NCBI GenBank assembly: GCA_965287045.1
Contig: OZ336871.1
Coordinates: 56,296,001-56,360,000 of the forward strand
Length of the DNA stretch: 64,000 bases
Direction: 5' to 3'
Source of the DNA: Carcharhinus amblyrhynchos
Taxonomy: Eukaryota
Shown piece after piece: positions 47,401 to 60,900 of the stretch. The position numbers and the translations under genes are program-made. The notes under the pieces are model-generated. The model had not been told where the DNA came from and ran no database searches. It saw only the letters and a program-made list of their open reading frames with translations. The first letter of the stretch is position 1. Each line of letters starts with the position of its first letter.

Positions 47401-49134
47401 TTAATGTAGCTGCTTAATGAATGGGTCGGCATGAGTTGGTACTAATTTGGCCAAGGGGTTAAAAAGATCGATGTAGTTGCCTGACGGATATGGGTTTTCA
47501 TAGGTAGCATGAGGGGAAATGAGGTGGGTAAAGGGCATAGGGTGTCATGGGGTGAAGGCCCATGGTGGGGGGGGAAGAGGGGCATATGGCAGCATAGAGA
47601 TTCTGAAGGTCAATGGGTTTGTGTAGTAGGGCATAGTTTGACATTGGGATATGGGGGCATTGGGAGTGGGTAAAGGGATATTGGATGATATAAAAGCTAT
47701 AAGGGGTCATGAGGGCCTAAGGTGGCATATGTTGGCATGGGGAATATGTATGGAGGCTGAAGAGTGAGGACTGGAGGGATATTTTTTGTTTTTTAGTAAT
47801 TTTTAAACTAATTGCAACACAGTGTCTGAGCACAGAGGTAAGTCTTCCACCCAGCTCAGCACCACACATGCCTGCCTCCACATGCATTGCAGGGACAATG
47901 AGGCCGGCTTCTTATCCAGTCTGAAAGGAAAATCCAATCATCTGGGCCTTTTTTCCCTGCACTGGGTTGGCAGAACCAGAAAATGCTCCACGTCTACAGA
48001 GTATTTTCTGTCAGAAACAAACCAGTTGCTGGATCTAATTTTGTCCCTACTATCTAGTCATTTATTTCACGGCTGTTTTGTGGCACTTTGCAGCAGTTGG
48101 CAGCCATCTTATCCTACTTGACAACAGTGCCTACATTCCAAAAGTCCTTCAATGGTCATCTGATGTGATATATCAATGTAAGCTTCTGCTTGAAGTATTT
48201 TTTCCCAAGACGTGTCCACCTTCTGTGTTTAAAAAAAAATTAACAGTAAAACTTGAACAGTTTCCTGCATCAATTACAATGGCTAGCATCTGGAAATAGA
48301 TTACTTTTTAGACTAATAACGTTTCCATTTTAAAGGATTAGTTCTCTGCAATATGAAAGTTTCAGACCCCTGAAATAACACTTGGTTAGCCATTTTATTT
48401 CATTCCCTATCAATGATACGTCACGCTCATTAAAAATGGGCAAGAGATTAATTTGTAATTGTCAAGCTGTTTAATTTGCATTATTACACCTTCCATTTGA
48501 TTGGAAGTTTTCACTCACAACTGGTGGTAAATTAAAAGTAAAACTACCAAAAATGATGAGCTAACAGTTGGGCAGAATGTATAGGTAATTACTGCACAGC
48601 TATCACTAAAATTGGCATGTGGCCCCAGGATGTTTCTTTATTTTGTTTTTCTAAGATGGCTGCATTCAAGCGACATTGCACAAATTTAGCAACAGCAGAT
48701 GACAGCAAAAATGTTATTTTTCATTTTAAGTTCAATTAACAGAACTATCCAGATAGCATGGAGATGTTAACAATTTTGATTTGAAGCTAAGGTAGTTTTG
48801 TAAATGTTGATCTGATTTCTGGGACCACCTGACCTTGAAAAAAGAAACATGGATTTCATCTTTCTTAACCTTAATCTGGCACGAAGTCAAGGCATCCAGC
48901 AACAGTGGCTTCACCAAGCAAGATAAGCAGCAACATTGAATAATTCTCACAGGTAGCAAATCAGGAATTAAAATGCTCTGATTACCCTCCTTTTCTATCC
49001 ATTTTCCTGACAGCAAAATAAAGATTGCGCATACACATTACAGAAAATTATGGAATTGTTATTACTGAAAGAATTGACATTTATGTAAATATAAAAAATA
49101 GTTGTTCAGGATTAGAGAGGTTCAACATCAGAAG

Positions 49135-49790
49135 TCAACATCTTTGGGGTTACCATTGATCAGAAACTCAACTGGACTGGCCACAAAAACACAGTGGCTA
49201 CAAGCGCAGGTCTGAGGCTAGGAACACAGTGGCAAGAAACTCACCTCTTGACTCCCCAAAGCCTATCCACCAAGGCACATATCAGGAGTGGGATGAAATA
49301 CTCCCCACTTGCCTGGATGGGTGCTGCTCCAACAACAATCAAGAAGCTTGACACTATCCAGAATAAAGCAACCCGCTTGATTGATGTCACATCCACAAAT
49401 ATCCACTCCCTCCACCACGAGCTCAGGTGCAACAGTCTGTACTAGCTACAAGATGCACTACAGCTATTCACCAAAGACAGCACCTTCCAAACTCATGACC
49501 ACTTCCACCTAGAAGGACAAAGGCAGCAAAAACATGGGAACACTACCATCACCAGCAAGTTCCCCTCCAAGCCCTCAGCATCCTGGCTTGGAAATATATC
49601 ACTGTCCTTTCACAGTCATTGGGTCTAAATTTTGGAATTCCCTCCTACTGGCATTGTGAGTCAATCCACATCACATGATGCAGCAATTCAAGAAAGCGGC
49701 TCACAGCCATCTACTCAAAAGCAACTAAAAATGGGCAACAAATGCTGGCCAGCCAGCAATGCCCATCTCCCATAAATGAATAAAAAGAAA
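49135..49790 (+). mobile_element. LINE family B 3' portion
   Basis: KAHIRSGMKYSPLAWMGAAPTTIKKLDTIQNKA (RT C-terminal region) and the terminus GGGCAACAAATGCTGGCC..AATGAATAAAAA. Confidence 0.8.
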
Positions 49791-49924
49791 GTAGTTATGA
49801 CTTAATGCAGTAGTAAAAACCCAGTTACAACTCATGAACGAGCTATATCATTTTTGGAGTGAGGGGAATTTAACAATGGCATTAAAAGGGAAAGTTCTCA
49901 TTAATTCAGTGATTTCTAAAGATT

Positions 49925-52020
49925 GACATCTGTGGAGACTTTGACACTGCACCCTATGGAGAAGAAGGGAATCATTGACACTGACTTCTGGATTTTGTCA
50001 GATGCTGAGAAAAAGTACCGGCCAATCAACAAAGAAAACGTAGCAGTCAACTCTGCAGTGAAGGAATTTCACCGGCACATCTATGGACACTGTTTCACTA
50101 TTGTGTTGGATCATAAGCCATTGTTGGGTCTTTTCCGTGAAGATAAGCTAATGCCACCTATTGCCTCAAGCAGGGTGCAAAGATGGGCCTTGCCGCTGGC
50201 AGCATATAGTTATACCTTCCAGAATAGGCCGGCAATATACACCCTTCAAATGCAGACGCACTAATCTGCCTCCCACTGCCACAAAGCATATCATTGCCAC
50301 CTGTTGTGCAGGAGATAGCGTTGGCTATGCAAGGACACCTTGCCTTTCTCAGCCACCCATATTAGCTCATGGACAGATTGGGACAGATATGTCAAAGGTC
50401 CAGAGAATGGTACTGACGGGTGGCACTTCGACAAGGTAGAGCAAATATTTTCAATGCAGGAATGGCATAATCTGCAAAGATAAAGTGATATTGTGCAGGG
50501 TGAGAGGGTGGGGGGGGAGGCATTTCACTTTACCACCCTGGGCAACTGTCACTGCTCCAAGAGCTACATTATGCCCATTCAGTTCAGAGCAGAATGAAAG
50601 TGTTAGCCAGAAATTACGTCAGATGGTTTGGCATTGACAGAGAAATAGAGCTAATGATTGGGCTGTGTGAAAGTTGTCAGACTCAGCAAACATTACCATC
50701 ACCAGTGAGCATGCATCCCTGGGACTGGTTGGGCTGTCCGTGGTCACAGCTTCATGTAGGTTTTGGGGCACATGTTCCTGACCCTAGTAAATGCCCATTC
50801 CATCTGACTGGACATTCAGCTCATGAGATCCACCACAGCTATGCTTAATATTGAGAAACTGAGGTAGATCTTCACGATCCATGGTCTTCCTAATGTGTTG
50901 GTAATGGATAATGGAGCGGTATTCATGGCTGATGTGTTTCAGATTTTCGTTATGACAAATAGTGCTCACAATGCTAGGGCAGTCCCCTACCATCCTGCCT
51001 TGCAGGTGCTGATGGAACAAGTCGTGCAGACATTCAGGGCTCCTACAAAATAGTAGGCTCTTAACAGTTACCTTTGTGATTAGCCAGTTTTTTGCTGTCC
51101 TACAACACCACACCTGGAGCCACCACTGGCATGATGCCTGCAGAATTGCTAATGGGTTGGTGCCAACATACCTGTTTGGACTTGGTGTTCCCAAATTTGT
51201 CAGGGAGGTTGGAGGCTAGGTAAGCCTCTCAGAAAGAGTATCATGACTCTCAGGTAGAGGACAGATCGTTTCATGTGGACGACCTCATTTTGGCAAGGAA
51301 TTTTGGTGGTGGATCTGCATGAGTGCCAGGCAGAGTTGCAGAGAAGACTGAGCCAATTTCATATAGGGTGGAGGCACAGGGCTGTTGTTGACCACGTATG
51401 CAAGAGAGTAGAGCCAGCTTCAGGAGACAAGCAAATGTGCCCAGCATCCAATTCATATATACCAACCTCTGAGCTAGAGATTTGGATGCCTGTAGTGAGG
51501 TAATGGCCACTTCTAGCTTTGGTGGCTGAGACAGAGGAAGAGGCTGGCAGGGACCTAGCTCCAGAGATAGTTAGCATGCCTGCTCTATCTGTGTCATTGG
51601 CTGCTGAAGAAGCCCTGACAGAGTTGCAGCGTTCTCAAAAGTTTGGAAGTCACCTGCCATTAGGAACTGATGTCCCTCCAGTAAAATTGTTGTGTGCCTG
51701 CATTTGTGTTGACTGTTTTGTTTTACCATAAGTAGTGCAAGATGTTGGGGGGGGGAGAGGAAGCATGGCCCTTTAATTGGTGACCCTTTTTTGGGCCATG
51801 CTACTGGGCCAGAACCAATGGAGCATGAGTGTGTGAAGGTGGGCCTTTTGGGAGCAAGAGCACTTACCCCCAGGGCTGGAGGCTGCTATTGGAGCCAAGG
51901 CATTGTCAAGAGTAGACCTGTATAGTTGTGCTTCTAATCCCTTCATTGTATATAGCTCTTCTCAATCAATAAATCCTTTAGTTTGTTACTTGTCACATTG
52001 TGTCTCTTCGAGTTACTACA
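49925..52020 (+). mobile_element. Ty3/Gypsy LTR retrotransposon remnant (RNase H, integrase, PPT, 3' LTR)
   Basis: RNase H LSDAEKKY..KE..A..VKEFH..FTIVLDHKPLL..RVQRWAL; integrase Zn-finger region MKVLARNYVRW.GID..C..CQ..HPW. Polypurine tract at 51747-51763, then an LTR-like segment with AATAAA ending ACA at 52020. Confidence 0.88.
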
Positions 52021-52529
52021 CCTACTGTTTTCACTGGGAGTACGAATGGGTCTGTATCAGGATACATACATTTGTGTGTGTCACATAATCAGTGCCCATG
52101 AAATCAGTGGTTGTCTTCACTCATGTGTAATCTTGGTGTGAGATGTTGCTGAAACTCGCTGTGAACAGCTATAACTTGATATGGGCAGGTCTGAAGTTTG
52201 AGAATCATCAGGGATTGTCAGGGAGCTCTTTTAGAGGGTTGAGGTATCCCTTTGAATACAACCTTGTGACATCTAGGAAGAGGTCAGCTTCCTCTTTGGG
52301 AGAGGTCAGGTGCCCTTTGTTATTATAACAGTATGTCTGGATGTGTGTAAAAAGTGCATGAACACATTAGAACTGTCAAAACCAATTCTCAGGAATGTCA
52401 AGATGAATTATCAAAAGCTAGAGTGGGATTTTACAACCTTGTCTGGGTGAGATCAGAAATTCCCGCTCAAGGTCAATGGAGATTTATGTTGTCGGGTCCT
52501 CACCCGACCTTAACATTCATTCCCATAGA

Positions 52530-54835
52530 AAGGAGAATTGATAATGGAAAACAAGGAATGGCAAATGAATTGAACAGGAATTTTGCATTGGCCTTCATCA
52601 GAAATAGCTGTAAATCAGGAATTAGAAGGTAAGGAGAAACTCAAGAAAATTTATAATCACCATGGAAGTGGTTCTGAGACAATTGTTGGACCTGTGGGAT
52701 AACAAGTCCTGAGGCCCCGATAGACTTCATCCTAGAGTCTTAAAAGAAGTGGCTAGTGAAATATTTGAAGTGCTAGTATTAATTTTCTAAAATGTGCTAT
52801 ACTTGGGGAAGGTCCCATTAGTTGAAAAATAGTATATTGAACTCTTTTATTCAAAAAGGGAAGGTGTCAGAAAGAGGAAACTACAGATCAGTTAGTTTAA
52901 CCTTTGCATTGGGAAAATGTTAGAAGCTATTATTAAAGATGTTGTAACAGAGCACTTTGGTAAATTTGAGGTAATCAGGCAGAATCAATATAGTGTTATG
53001 AAAACAAAATCACGATTAACCGACATACTGGAGTTCTTTGAGGAAGTAACATTCTGTGGATAAAGGGAAACAGGTGGACATACTGTACTTAAATTACCAG
53101 AAACATTCAATAAGGTGCCACATCAAAGATTATTGCAGAAAATGAAAGTTCATGTTGTAGGGAGTTACTTACTGACATGGAAAGTAGGCATAAATCGATC
53201 ATTTTCTGTTTGGCAAGATGTAATGATTGATGGGCCACAGGGATCAGTACTGGGACCTCAACTGTTTACAATTTATGTAAGTGACTTAGATAAAGTGACT
53301 GAAGGGATTGTTGGTAAATTTACTGATGACACAAAGATAGGCAGAAAAATAAGTTGTGAAGAAAAAAACAGGGAGGATACAAAGTGATATAGATAGATTA
53401 ATTATATTGGTAAAGATTGGCAAATGGAGCATAACGTGGGAAAAGTAACATTTTCATTTTTGGAATGAAGAATAAAAAAGAAGCATATTATCTAAATGGT
53501 GAGAGATTGCAAAGCTCTAGGATGTGTCTCAATGCATGATTCGCAAAATGTTAGACTGCAGTCACAGCAAGTAAGTAAGGAAACTGATAAAATGTTATCA
53601 TTTATTGCCAGGGGAATTGAATACACAAGTAGGGGGGTGTTATACTTCAGTTATACATGTGAGACCACACCTGGCGTACTGTGCACTGTGTTGGTCTCCT
53701 TATTTAAGAAAGGATGTTAATGCATTGGGAGCAGTTCAAAGTTTTACTAACCTAATGCCTGGAACAGGTGAGTTGTCTGATGAGGAAAGGTTGGACAGGC
53801 TAGGCTCATATTTGATTGAGTTTTGGTGAGAGGCAACTTGACTGAAATATATAAGAGCCTGATGGGTCTTAATAGGGTGGATTTTTTAAAAAGTCATTTA
53901 TGTGATATGGTTGTCACTGGTTGGTCCAGCACTTATTGCCAATCCCTAATTGCTCTTGAACTGAGTGGCTTGCTAGGCAACTTAGGAGTCAGCCGTGGAT
54001 CTGGAGTCACACGTAGACTAAACCAGGTAAGGACAGCAGATTTCCTTCTCTAAAGGACAGCAGTGAACCCAGTGGATCTTTACAACAATCAACAATGGTT
54101 TCATGGTCATCATTAGACTTTTAATTCCAAATTTTTATTGAATTCAAATTTCATCTTCTGCCATTGTGGGATTTGAATCCTGGCCCCCAGCGCATTACTC
54201 TCAGTCTTTAGCTTACTTCTGCAGTGACAATACCACTGTGTGGAAAGAATGCTTCCTCGTGTGGGAGAACCTAGAAATAGGGGTCACTGTCCAAAAATAA
54301 GAGATGAGGAGACAAAATGTAATGAATCCTTTGAATTATCTTCCTCAAAAGATATGGGCGATGTGGTGGCACAGTGGTTAGTACTGCTGCCTCACAGTGC
54401 TGGGGATCCAGGTCCAATTCCAGCCTCGGGTGACTGTCTGTGTGGAGTTTGCACATTCTCCCCATGTCTGTATGGGTTTCCTCCCACAGTCCAAAGATGT
54501 GCAGGTTAGGTTGATTGGCTAGGCTTAAACTGACCCTTCTATCATGGGCATTGGCAGGGTTATGGGAATAGGGCCTGGGTGGGATTGTGGTCAGTGCACA
54601 CTTGATGGGTCGAATGGCCTCCTTCTGTAAAGTAGGGATTCTATGATTGGAAGTAGAAGCAGGGTCTTTGAATATTTTTAAGGCAGAGGTGGATAAATTC
54701 TTGATAAGCAAGGTGACAAAAAGTTATTGGGGGTAGGTTGGAACGTCGAGTTGAGGTTACAATCAAATCAGCTGTGATCTTATTGAATGGCAGAACAGGC
54801 TCATGGGGCCAAGTGGCCTACTCCTAATTCATATG
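52530..54835 (+). mobile_element. Decayed CR1 RT and 3' end, with inserted SINEs
   Basis: GPQGSVLGPQLF..KFTDDTKIG and RPHLAYC..WSPYLRKD. Contains a tRNA-SINE (53880-54237, minus) and an HE1 SINE (54356-54648, plus). Confidence 0.85.
54356..54648 (+). mobile_element. HE1-type V-SINE with CR1/HER1 tail
   Basis: Complete head, V-domain and tail. Confidence 0.9.
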
Positions 54836-55564
54836 TTTAAATGTTCAACAACTCATTGTATTTATCAGAACCTCAGAAGACAGAGTTGTCAATTGAGCCA
54901 CTTTCAAAAACAAAATGGAATATTTTGAATACATCACCATTCAAAGAGCAATGGTTCACATTTCACCAAAGCCTCATGTTCACACACTTTTCTTTTAAAT
55001 ACAGTGCATATTTCCACAATGTTACAACTGAGATTTAAGTGACATTGACAAAGCAGTATTTATTGCCCATCGCTTGTTGCACTGAAGGCAGTAAGAGTGA
55101 ACGATGTAATGTGGGACTTTAACCACGTGTAGCCAGACAGATGTAGCATCATTTCCTGAAGGATATTAATGAGCCATAACAAAAATCTAGCACAGATAAT
55201 GCAACACAGCCCACAAATTGCCAGGTTTTTTTGGACTAATTCCATAACTTTCGATGGTGGGATTTGAACTCATTAATCTCTAGGTTACCAGCCCAACATC
55301 ACAAAGAGAGGGTAGACAGGTAATTGAGGGAGAAAAGGATAGAGGACATTCCAATTGATCAGGTGAAGAAGGAGAGGAGGAGACTCACGTGGAGCATAAG
55401 TGGCAGCACAGTTGGCCTGATTGGTCTTTTTCTGTAGATTCTATATAATTCTATGTAGTAACTATTAGGTTACTATATTTTTTACAACACACAGAGTTTA
55501 GATTTAGTCACAAGAAAGGAAGCAGAAAAGGAGATTTGGACTCTTCAATCATGTTGCTGATGTT

Positions 55565-55877
55565 GAATCATAGAATCACAGAATCATAGAATCTCCACAG
55601 TGTAGAAGAGGCCATTCGGCCTCCATCAACTCTGTCATAGTATCTTACCCACGCCCTGTCTACCACATCATCCTTGTAACCACACACATTTCCCATGGCT
55701 AATCCATCTAACCTACACATCTTTGAACTATGGGAGGAAACCAGAACTCTTGGAGGAAACCCATGCCGGCAAGGGGAGAAAATGCAAACTCCACACAGAC
55801 AACCAAGGCTGCTATTGAAGCTGGGTCTCTGGTGCTGTGAGGCAGCAGTGCTAATCACAGAACCACTGTGCCGCCCA
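55565..55877 (-). mobile_element. HE1-type V-SINE with CR1/HER1 tail
   Basis: (AGAATCAT)n tail on the plus strand, V-domain and head. Confidence 0.85.
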
Positions 55878-57447
55878 CAGGAGGTTATCTGTCAAGAAAA
55901 CCTTAATAATTCTGTTGTAGCTGTTGGGTACTGGATCCTGCTAGTTTGACTGCTTTGTAAGTTGCAGTTAAAGGAATATATTTCTATTTGGATTCAAAAG
56001 ATTCCCTGGGCTTCTTAAATAACATATTCAGAATTTGTACTTTCTCAATGACAGAATAAATGCAAAGGAAATCGGTACAAAATAAAGTTTTTCTGGTAAC
56101 CCACATTGCATTAGACAATGAATCTTGCCTGATTCAATAAAGTTATTTTTCTATAATATAAATGACTTGTCACATTGCCATCACTATTGTCTTTTATCCT
56201 ATATCATTGACTTGCTTATCTAACATCAAGTATTGAATTGTTCAAAATTTTCTTTGATAGAAAGGCCTTGCATTTCTGTAACATCTTTCACATTATTTGT
56301 GTGCCTCAAATTGTTCTGAAACAATTGAATTTCTTTTGAAGTGCAGACAACATCATGCATGTGGCAGCCAATCTGGACACAGTGAAGTCCCACAGGTACT
56401 AAGTGATATAAACAGCTAATTATTCAGCTTCAGTGTTGTTAATTGAGAAATAATGTTGACTAGAACTTGAAGGAGTATTTCTGCTTTTCATTCTTTGACC
56501 TACTTGTTTGGAGGATGTGGGTGTTGCTGGCAAGGCGAGCATTTACTGCCTGTCCCTAATTGCCCTTGAGAAGGCAATGGTGAGATAACAGCAAAATTTC
56601 ACCACCTGGCCCACCATGGGAATCAGAGTGGGTGAGGAGTGAACAATGGAAAGTTCTGTCGACCCCAGGCAGGATTTTACTGTTTCGGAATGAGTGAGGC
56701 AACACATGCAATCCATGTGGTGTAGAAAAACTCACAGTGCTGTTATGAAGAGAATTCAAGGATTTTGACCCAGTGACAATAAAGTGACAGTGATATAATT
56801 CCAAGTCAGGATGGTGAGTAACTGGGAAGGGAGCCTGCATGTGGTTGTGTCCCCATGCATCAGAACTAAAGACAAAGGCTAGAATGTTGCTAATAGTGTC
56901 CATTGAGAGATTGGAATGTGTAAGTGATGGGAAAAAGGTGCAGAGTGTCAAAAGACAACCTGTTGAATGTGGCAGATGGCTCTAGTGAAGTGTTGGTGGG
57001 AGGATGGTGGGGTTTTGTTTATAGTGCTGACAAAGGGTCATCCAGACTTGAAACATAAGCTCTATTCTCTCCCCACAGGTGCTTCAGACTTGCTGAGATT
57101 TTCAAGTATTTTCTGTGTGAGAAGTATTATGGGATGGTCTGCCCGATGCAAACCACACATGTAGGTAAATAATAGAAGGTTCCCTAAATCAGTTTGTTCA
57201 GCACAGAGCCACCACTCGAGTTTGACAAGGATTGGGTGTGTAGTGGAGGAATAGGGCTATAAGAGCTTGAAACAGGTTTGTCTGGAATGGATGGATGGAT
57301 GGAAGCAAACATGTTGCACTGCATTAATAACAAGTAGCAGTAAATGAAGATAGCACTTTACAAATCAGAAATCAATCCTCAAGGTACGTTGGCATTTTGG
57401 TTGGAGAATACTAGTGACTTAGATCATTTGAGATTCCAGAAACCTCA

Positions 57448-57733
57448 GGGATGGCATGGTGGCACAGTGGTTAGCACTGCTGCCTTGCAGCACCAGGGAC
57501 CCGGGTTCAATTTCTGGCTTGGGTTACTGTCTGTGTGGAGTTTGCACATTCTTCCCGTGTTTGTGCGAGTTTCCTCCAGGTGCTCCGGTTTCCTCCCACT
57601 ATCGGAAAGATGCGCTCGTTAGATGCATTGATCCGAACAGAGGCCGGAGTGTGGCAACTAGGGGAAGTTCATAGTAACCTCATTGCAGTGTTAATGTAAG
57701 CCTTACTTGTGACTAATAAATACACTTTACTTT
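57448..57733 (+). mobile_element. HE1-type V-SINE with non-CR1 tail
   Basis: A and B boxes, V-domain, tail TGTGACTAATAAATACACTT. Confidence 0.88.
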
Positions 57734-57944
57734 GGAAAAGATGGAAGAATATGTTAGCAGCAGACCCTAACGGAAATGAAAAGTTCAATCTCAAAACTGA
57801 ATGAAACTTAAGGCCACTGTGAGCATGTAGACCAATAGAAGAACAGGCATACCAGGATCCAACCAGCCAGAATCCTAAAGGGTGACATTACAAGCTTAAA
57901 TATTTAACTATTGCAAGGGTTCAGTGTACAACCTCCCGTAGCAT

Positions 57945-57999
57945 GACAACAAAAGCACGCATACAAACAGGATTTTTTTTTCAAGATTTCTTTTTTATT
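57945..57999 (-). terminator. Polyadenylation signal with downstream GU/U-rich element
   Basis: Minus strand AATAAA (57999-57994), an A-run at the expected cleavage distance, then TCCTGTTTGTATGCGTGCTTTTGTTGTC. It sits at the boundary between TE-rich and TE-poor sequence. Confidence 0.6.
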
Positions 58000-60900
58000 G
58001 AAAGCTTCTTCAAAGAAAACAGAATTTTAAACCTAACATCCACTGATCTACATAAATCTCCAGGAGCAAACAGATAATGAAAGAACAGCCAGACAAAGTG
58101 ATGCCTAGCATGTCTGTGGCACAACTGAAACACAAATTTAAAAAATTAACTTTCTTGATCTTATAGACATCTCTATGAGTTTTTCTTAAATGAAAAGAAC
58201 TGTACAAAATAAGGTCTTCATAAATTAAAAAAAAGTTTCATAATTTAATGACTGGTGAAACAATCCCGGTCCAAGACCAGGTTACAGAGTTTCCCTGTGC
58301 AGGTTTGTAACAAATGAAAAAAAGTAGTATCAGACAGAAGGAAATGGCATTTAACCCTCCAAGTTCTATAGTTTTTTTCCCCCCTACATGGTAAGAGGCA
58401 ATATTAAAACAAGCTAGTTGGACGTTGAATGTTTGATTACCGGTAATCTTTCTGTTTTGTTTGGCTTAAATGTCCATGGGCTATGGGGCACTCACTTACA
58501 CTGTTGGTGGCTCTGAAGTAGGACATTACTGTCGCTTGCTTCTGCAAAAAGTCATTTTCCCTATTTCTTGGTCATCCTGACATATTTTATTTTACTGATC
58601 AAATTACTTTTTGACTTCCAATTTAGGACAATATTTGTAGCTTCATCGCTGTTAAGATTCTTTCTGAAGGACATGTGTTACATTAATTTCTCCATGAATG
58701 ATATTGAGAAATTCACTCAATGTTGACAATGAATAACCAAACAACAATGACCCATTATTTGTACTTGAGCCAAATAATGCCATCCATTTGCTACATTCAA
58801 AACAAAGACATGATACTTTGAATTTAGATTTAGACCAAGCAACAGATTTTGTTGGAACTGTTCTGTAGAAATGCCATCACTTTTTTAAAAAAAAATCCAT
58901 TGAACTCAAAGGTTAAATGTTGTTTTGGACTGAACTGTGTCTGACAAACTAAAAAAGACAGAAAAACATTTATTCTGTGAGGTTATAAATGATGAAAACC
59001 TTTGTGTCTGAACAAAGCAGCATAGATCTGAATTGATACACAGAGCAATCTCAACATCTGCACATAATAATGTAGCTTGGTTATCAACTGGTATGTCAAT
59101 GTACCCTCTTGAAGGATTTCAAACTGGGACCTTCTCCAGTAATCTGATGCCACAGCATGATACTCAGTGTTGATATTACACCCACAATAGGAAGTGAATT
59201 TTTCACATTCCAGTTATTCACCGCATCCTTTGTTAAAGAAACGTGAGCCTTCTTAGGAGTCTCTCATTTCTGTCAAACATGCCGAGTCAATTTTGAAATG
59301 TTTCAAAGGACTAAACCCTGAGCCTGGGCAGAATCTCAGAAGTCTGGCTTAAGGTTCTTCAAGCCAAAGGTCAAGCCCAAACCCGAGACCATATTTGTGT
59401 CAGTCAAATATTGTTCTCTGTGGTTTGAAAACAGATCACTGGGCACTTCGGTTATTAACTAAAAGGCAACTTGGACGGGAGTTTCCCTTCAGAAATGTTA
59501 GTATTTTGCTACTTATAGCTTTTTGTGGATGTAACATTGACACTGCAACTGGAGGTTCGTTAGCAGAAAATAACCCCATGATAACACTGGATAGGGACTG
59601 CCAGAGCAAACAAAAAGTTTAAAGCTAATTTTGATGTGCATGTCTTGTGTGCAAATTGTTTAAAGCAATATAGTTTCTTATTAGCATTCCTTTTTTGTGA
59701 TTTGTATTCTCTTTACATTGATGAAAAACAAGGATACCAATAACAATACAAATATCTCTATACTAATTAGATACAAATTCAGGGATAAGTGCTTTGAAGT
59801 GCCTCAGAAAGGCAATAGTGTCTCTCTTGCATACACACATATACGCACACACTTTAAAATAAAATTTCATGATTGGTTAGCAGCACTATGATATATCACA
59901 TGTCCATATTTGGAAATTCAAACAGAAGTACCACTCTGGTTCACCAAAAGCCAATGATTTTTTTTAAAAAAGGGTATCGCTAGTACTGTATTAATATATA
60001 CAGTATAGACCTGTCTAAATAGGCCACCATTGAGGGACTACTCCTCAAGTAATGACCTTGATTCACAGGTACTGAACAGAGGTGATGCATCAATTGTGTA
60101 TCTTAAACGTCAATATCAAAAGGTGATCCTTCAACCTAGAAATGTACACTTTGGGACAATTAAACTCGGTGGAGCCACATCTATAATGGATCATTGGTTA
60201 AAATGATTGGAAAGTAGATTGCCAAGGACTCACTGTTCAATAGAGATGAATTCTAACTCATTCCTTGAGCAGTTTTGTCTCTCCAGAAGGAAATGGTACA
60301 TGATTGTGGTCCTCAGAGCAACTCAGTGATTGGGTTTTTTAAAAAATAAGTTGTATATTGCACTCATTCCATTTCATTAGGTTACAATTACATCCTTGTC
60401 AGTTTCATTAATAATGGTAAAAAAGGCCATCGGATAAACACAGAAAAGAAAGGACCAAAGCTTCAACTTCTAATCTCTTATCAACAAAACCACATTTGTT
60501 TAGGAGTTCACTTTGTTCTGAACAGGTACGTAATTTAGTCCTGCATATTTCAGTGATGCAGTGCGAGGTTCTGGTAAGCTCAGTCATTCATTATCAGAAA
60601 ATGGGAGAATTAAGAATCCAATTCCTATTGTGAAAATAAGATATACATTTCTACATCTGCACAAATTCTACACAGATTTATGTGATTTCCATGAAAACAA
60701 AATTACAGACCTTTGAAATATTAAACATTACCTTTTTCAAATTTATGGGGAGAAATTTGTTTATGCCTGTATTCGGGCCTGGGATGATCAGCATGTCCTC
60801 AGCACGAGCTGTAAGCTGGAAGCCCAGGGATTGTTTTATATCGTAGCTCAGACCTCTTTTAAATAATAAGTGAGCCATAGGAGCTTGTTTGGCCTATTGA

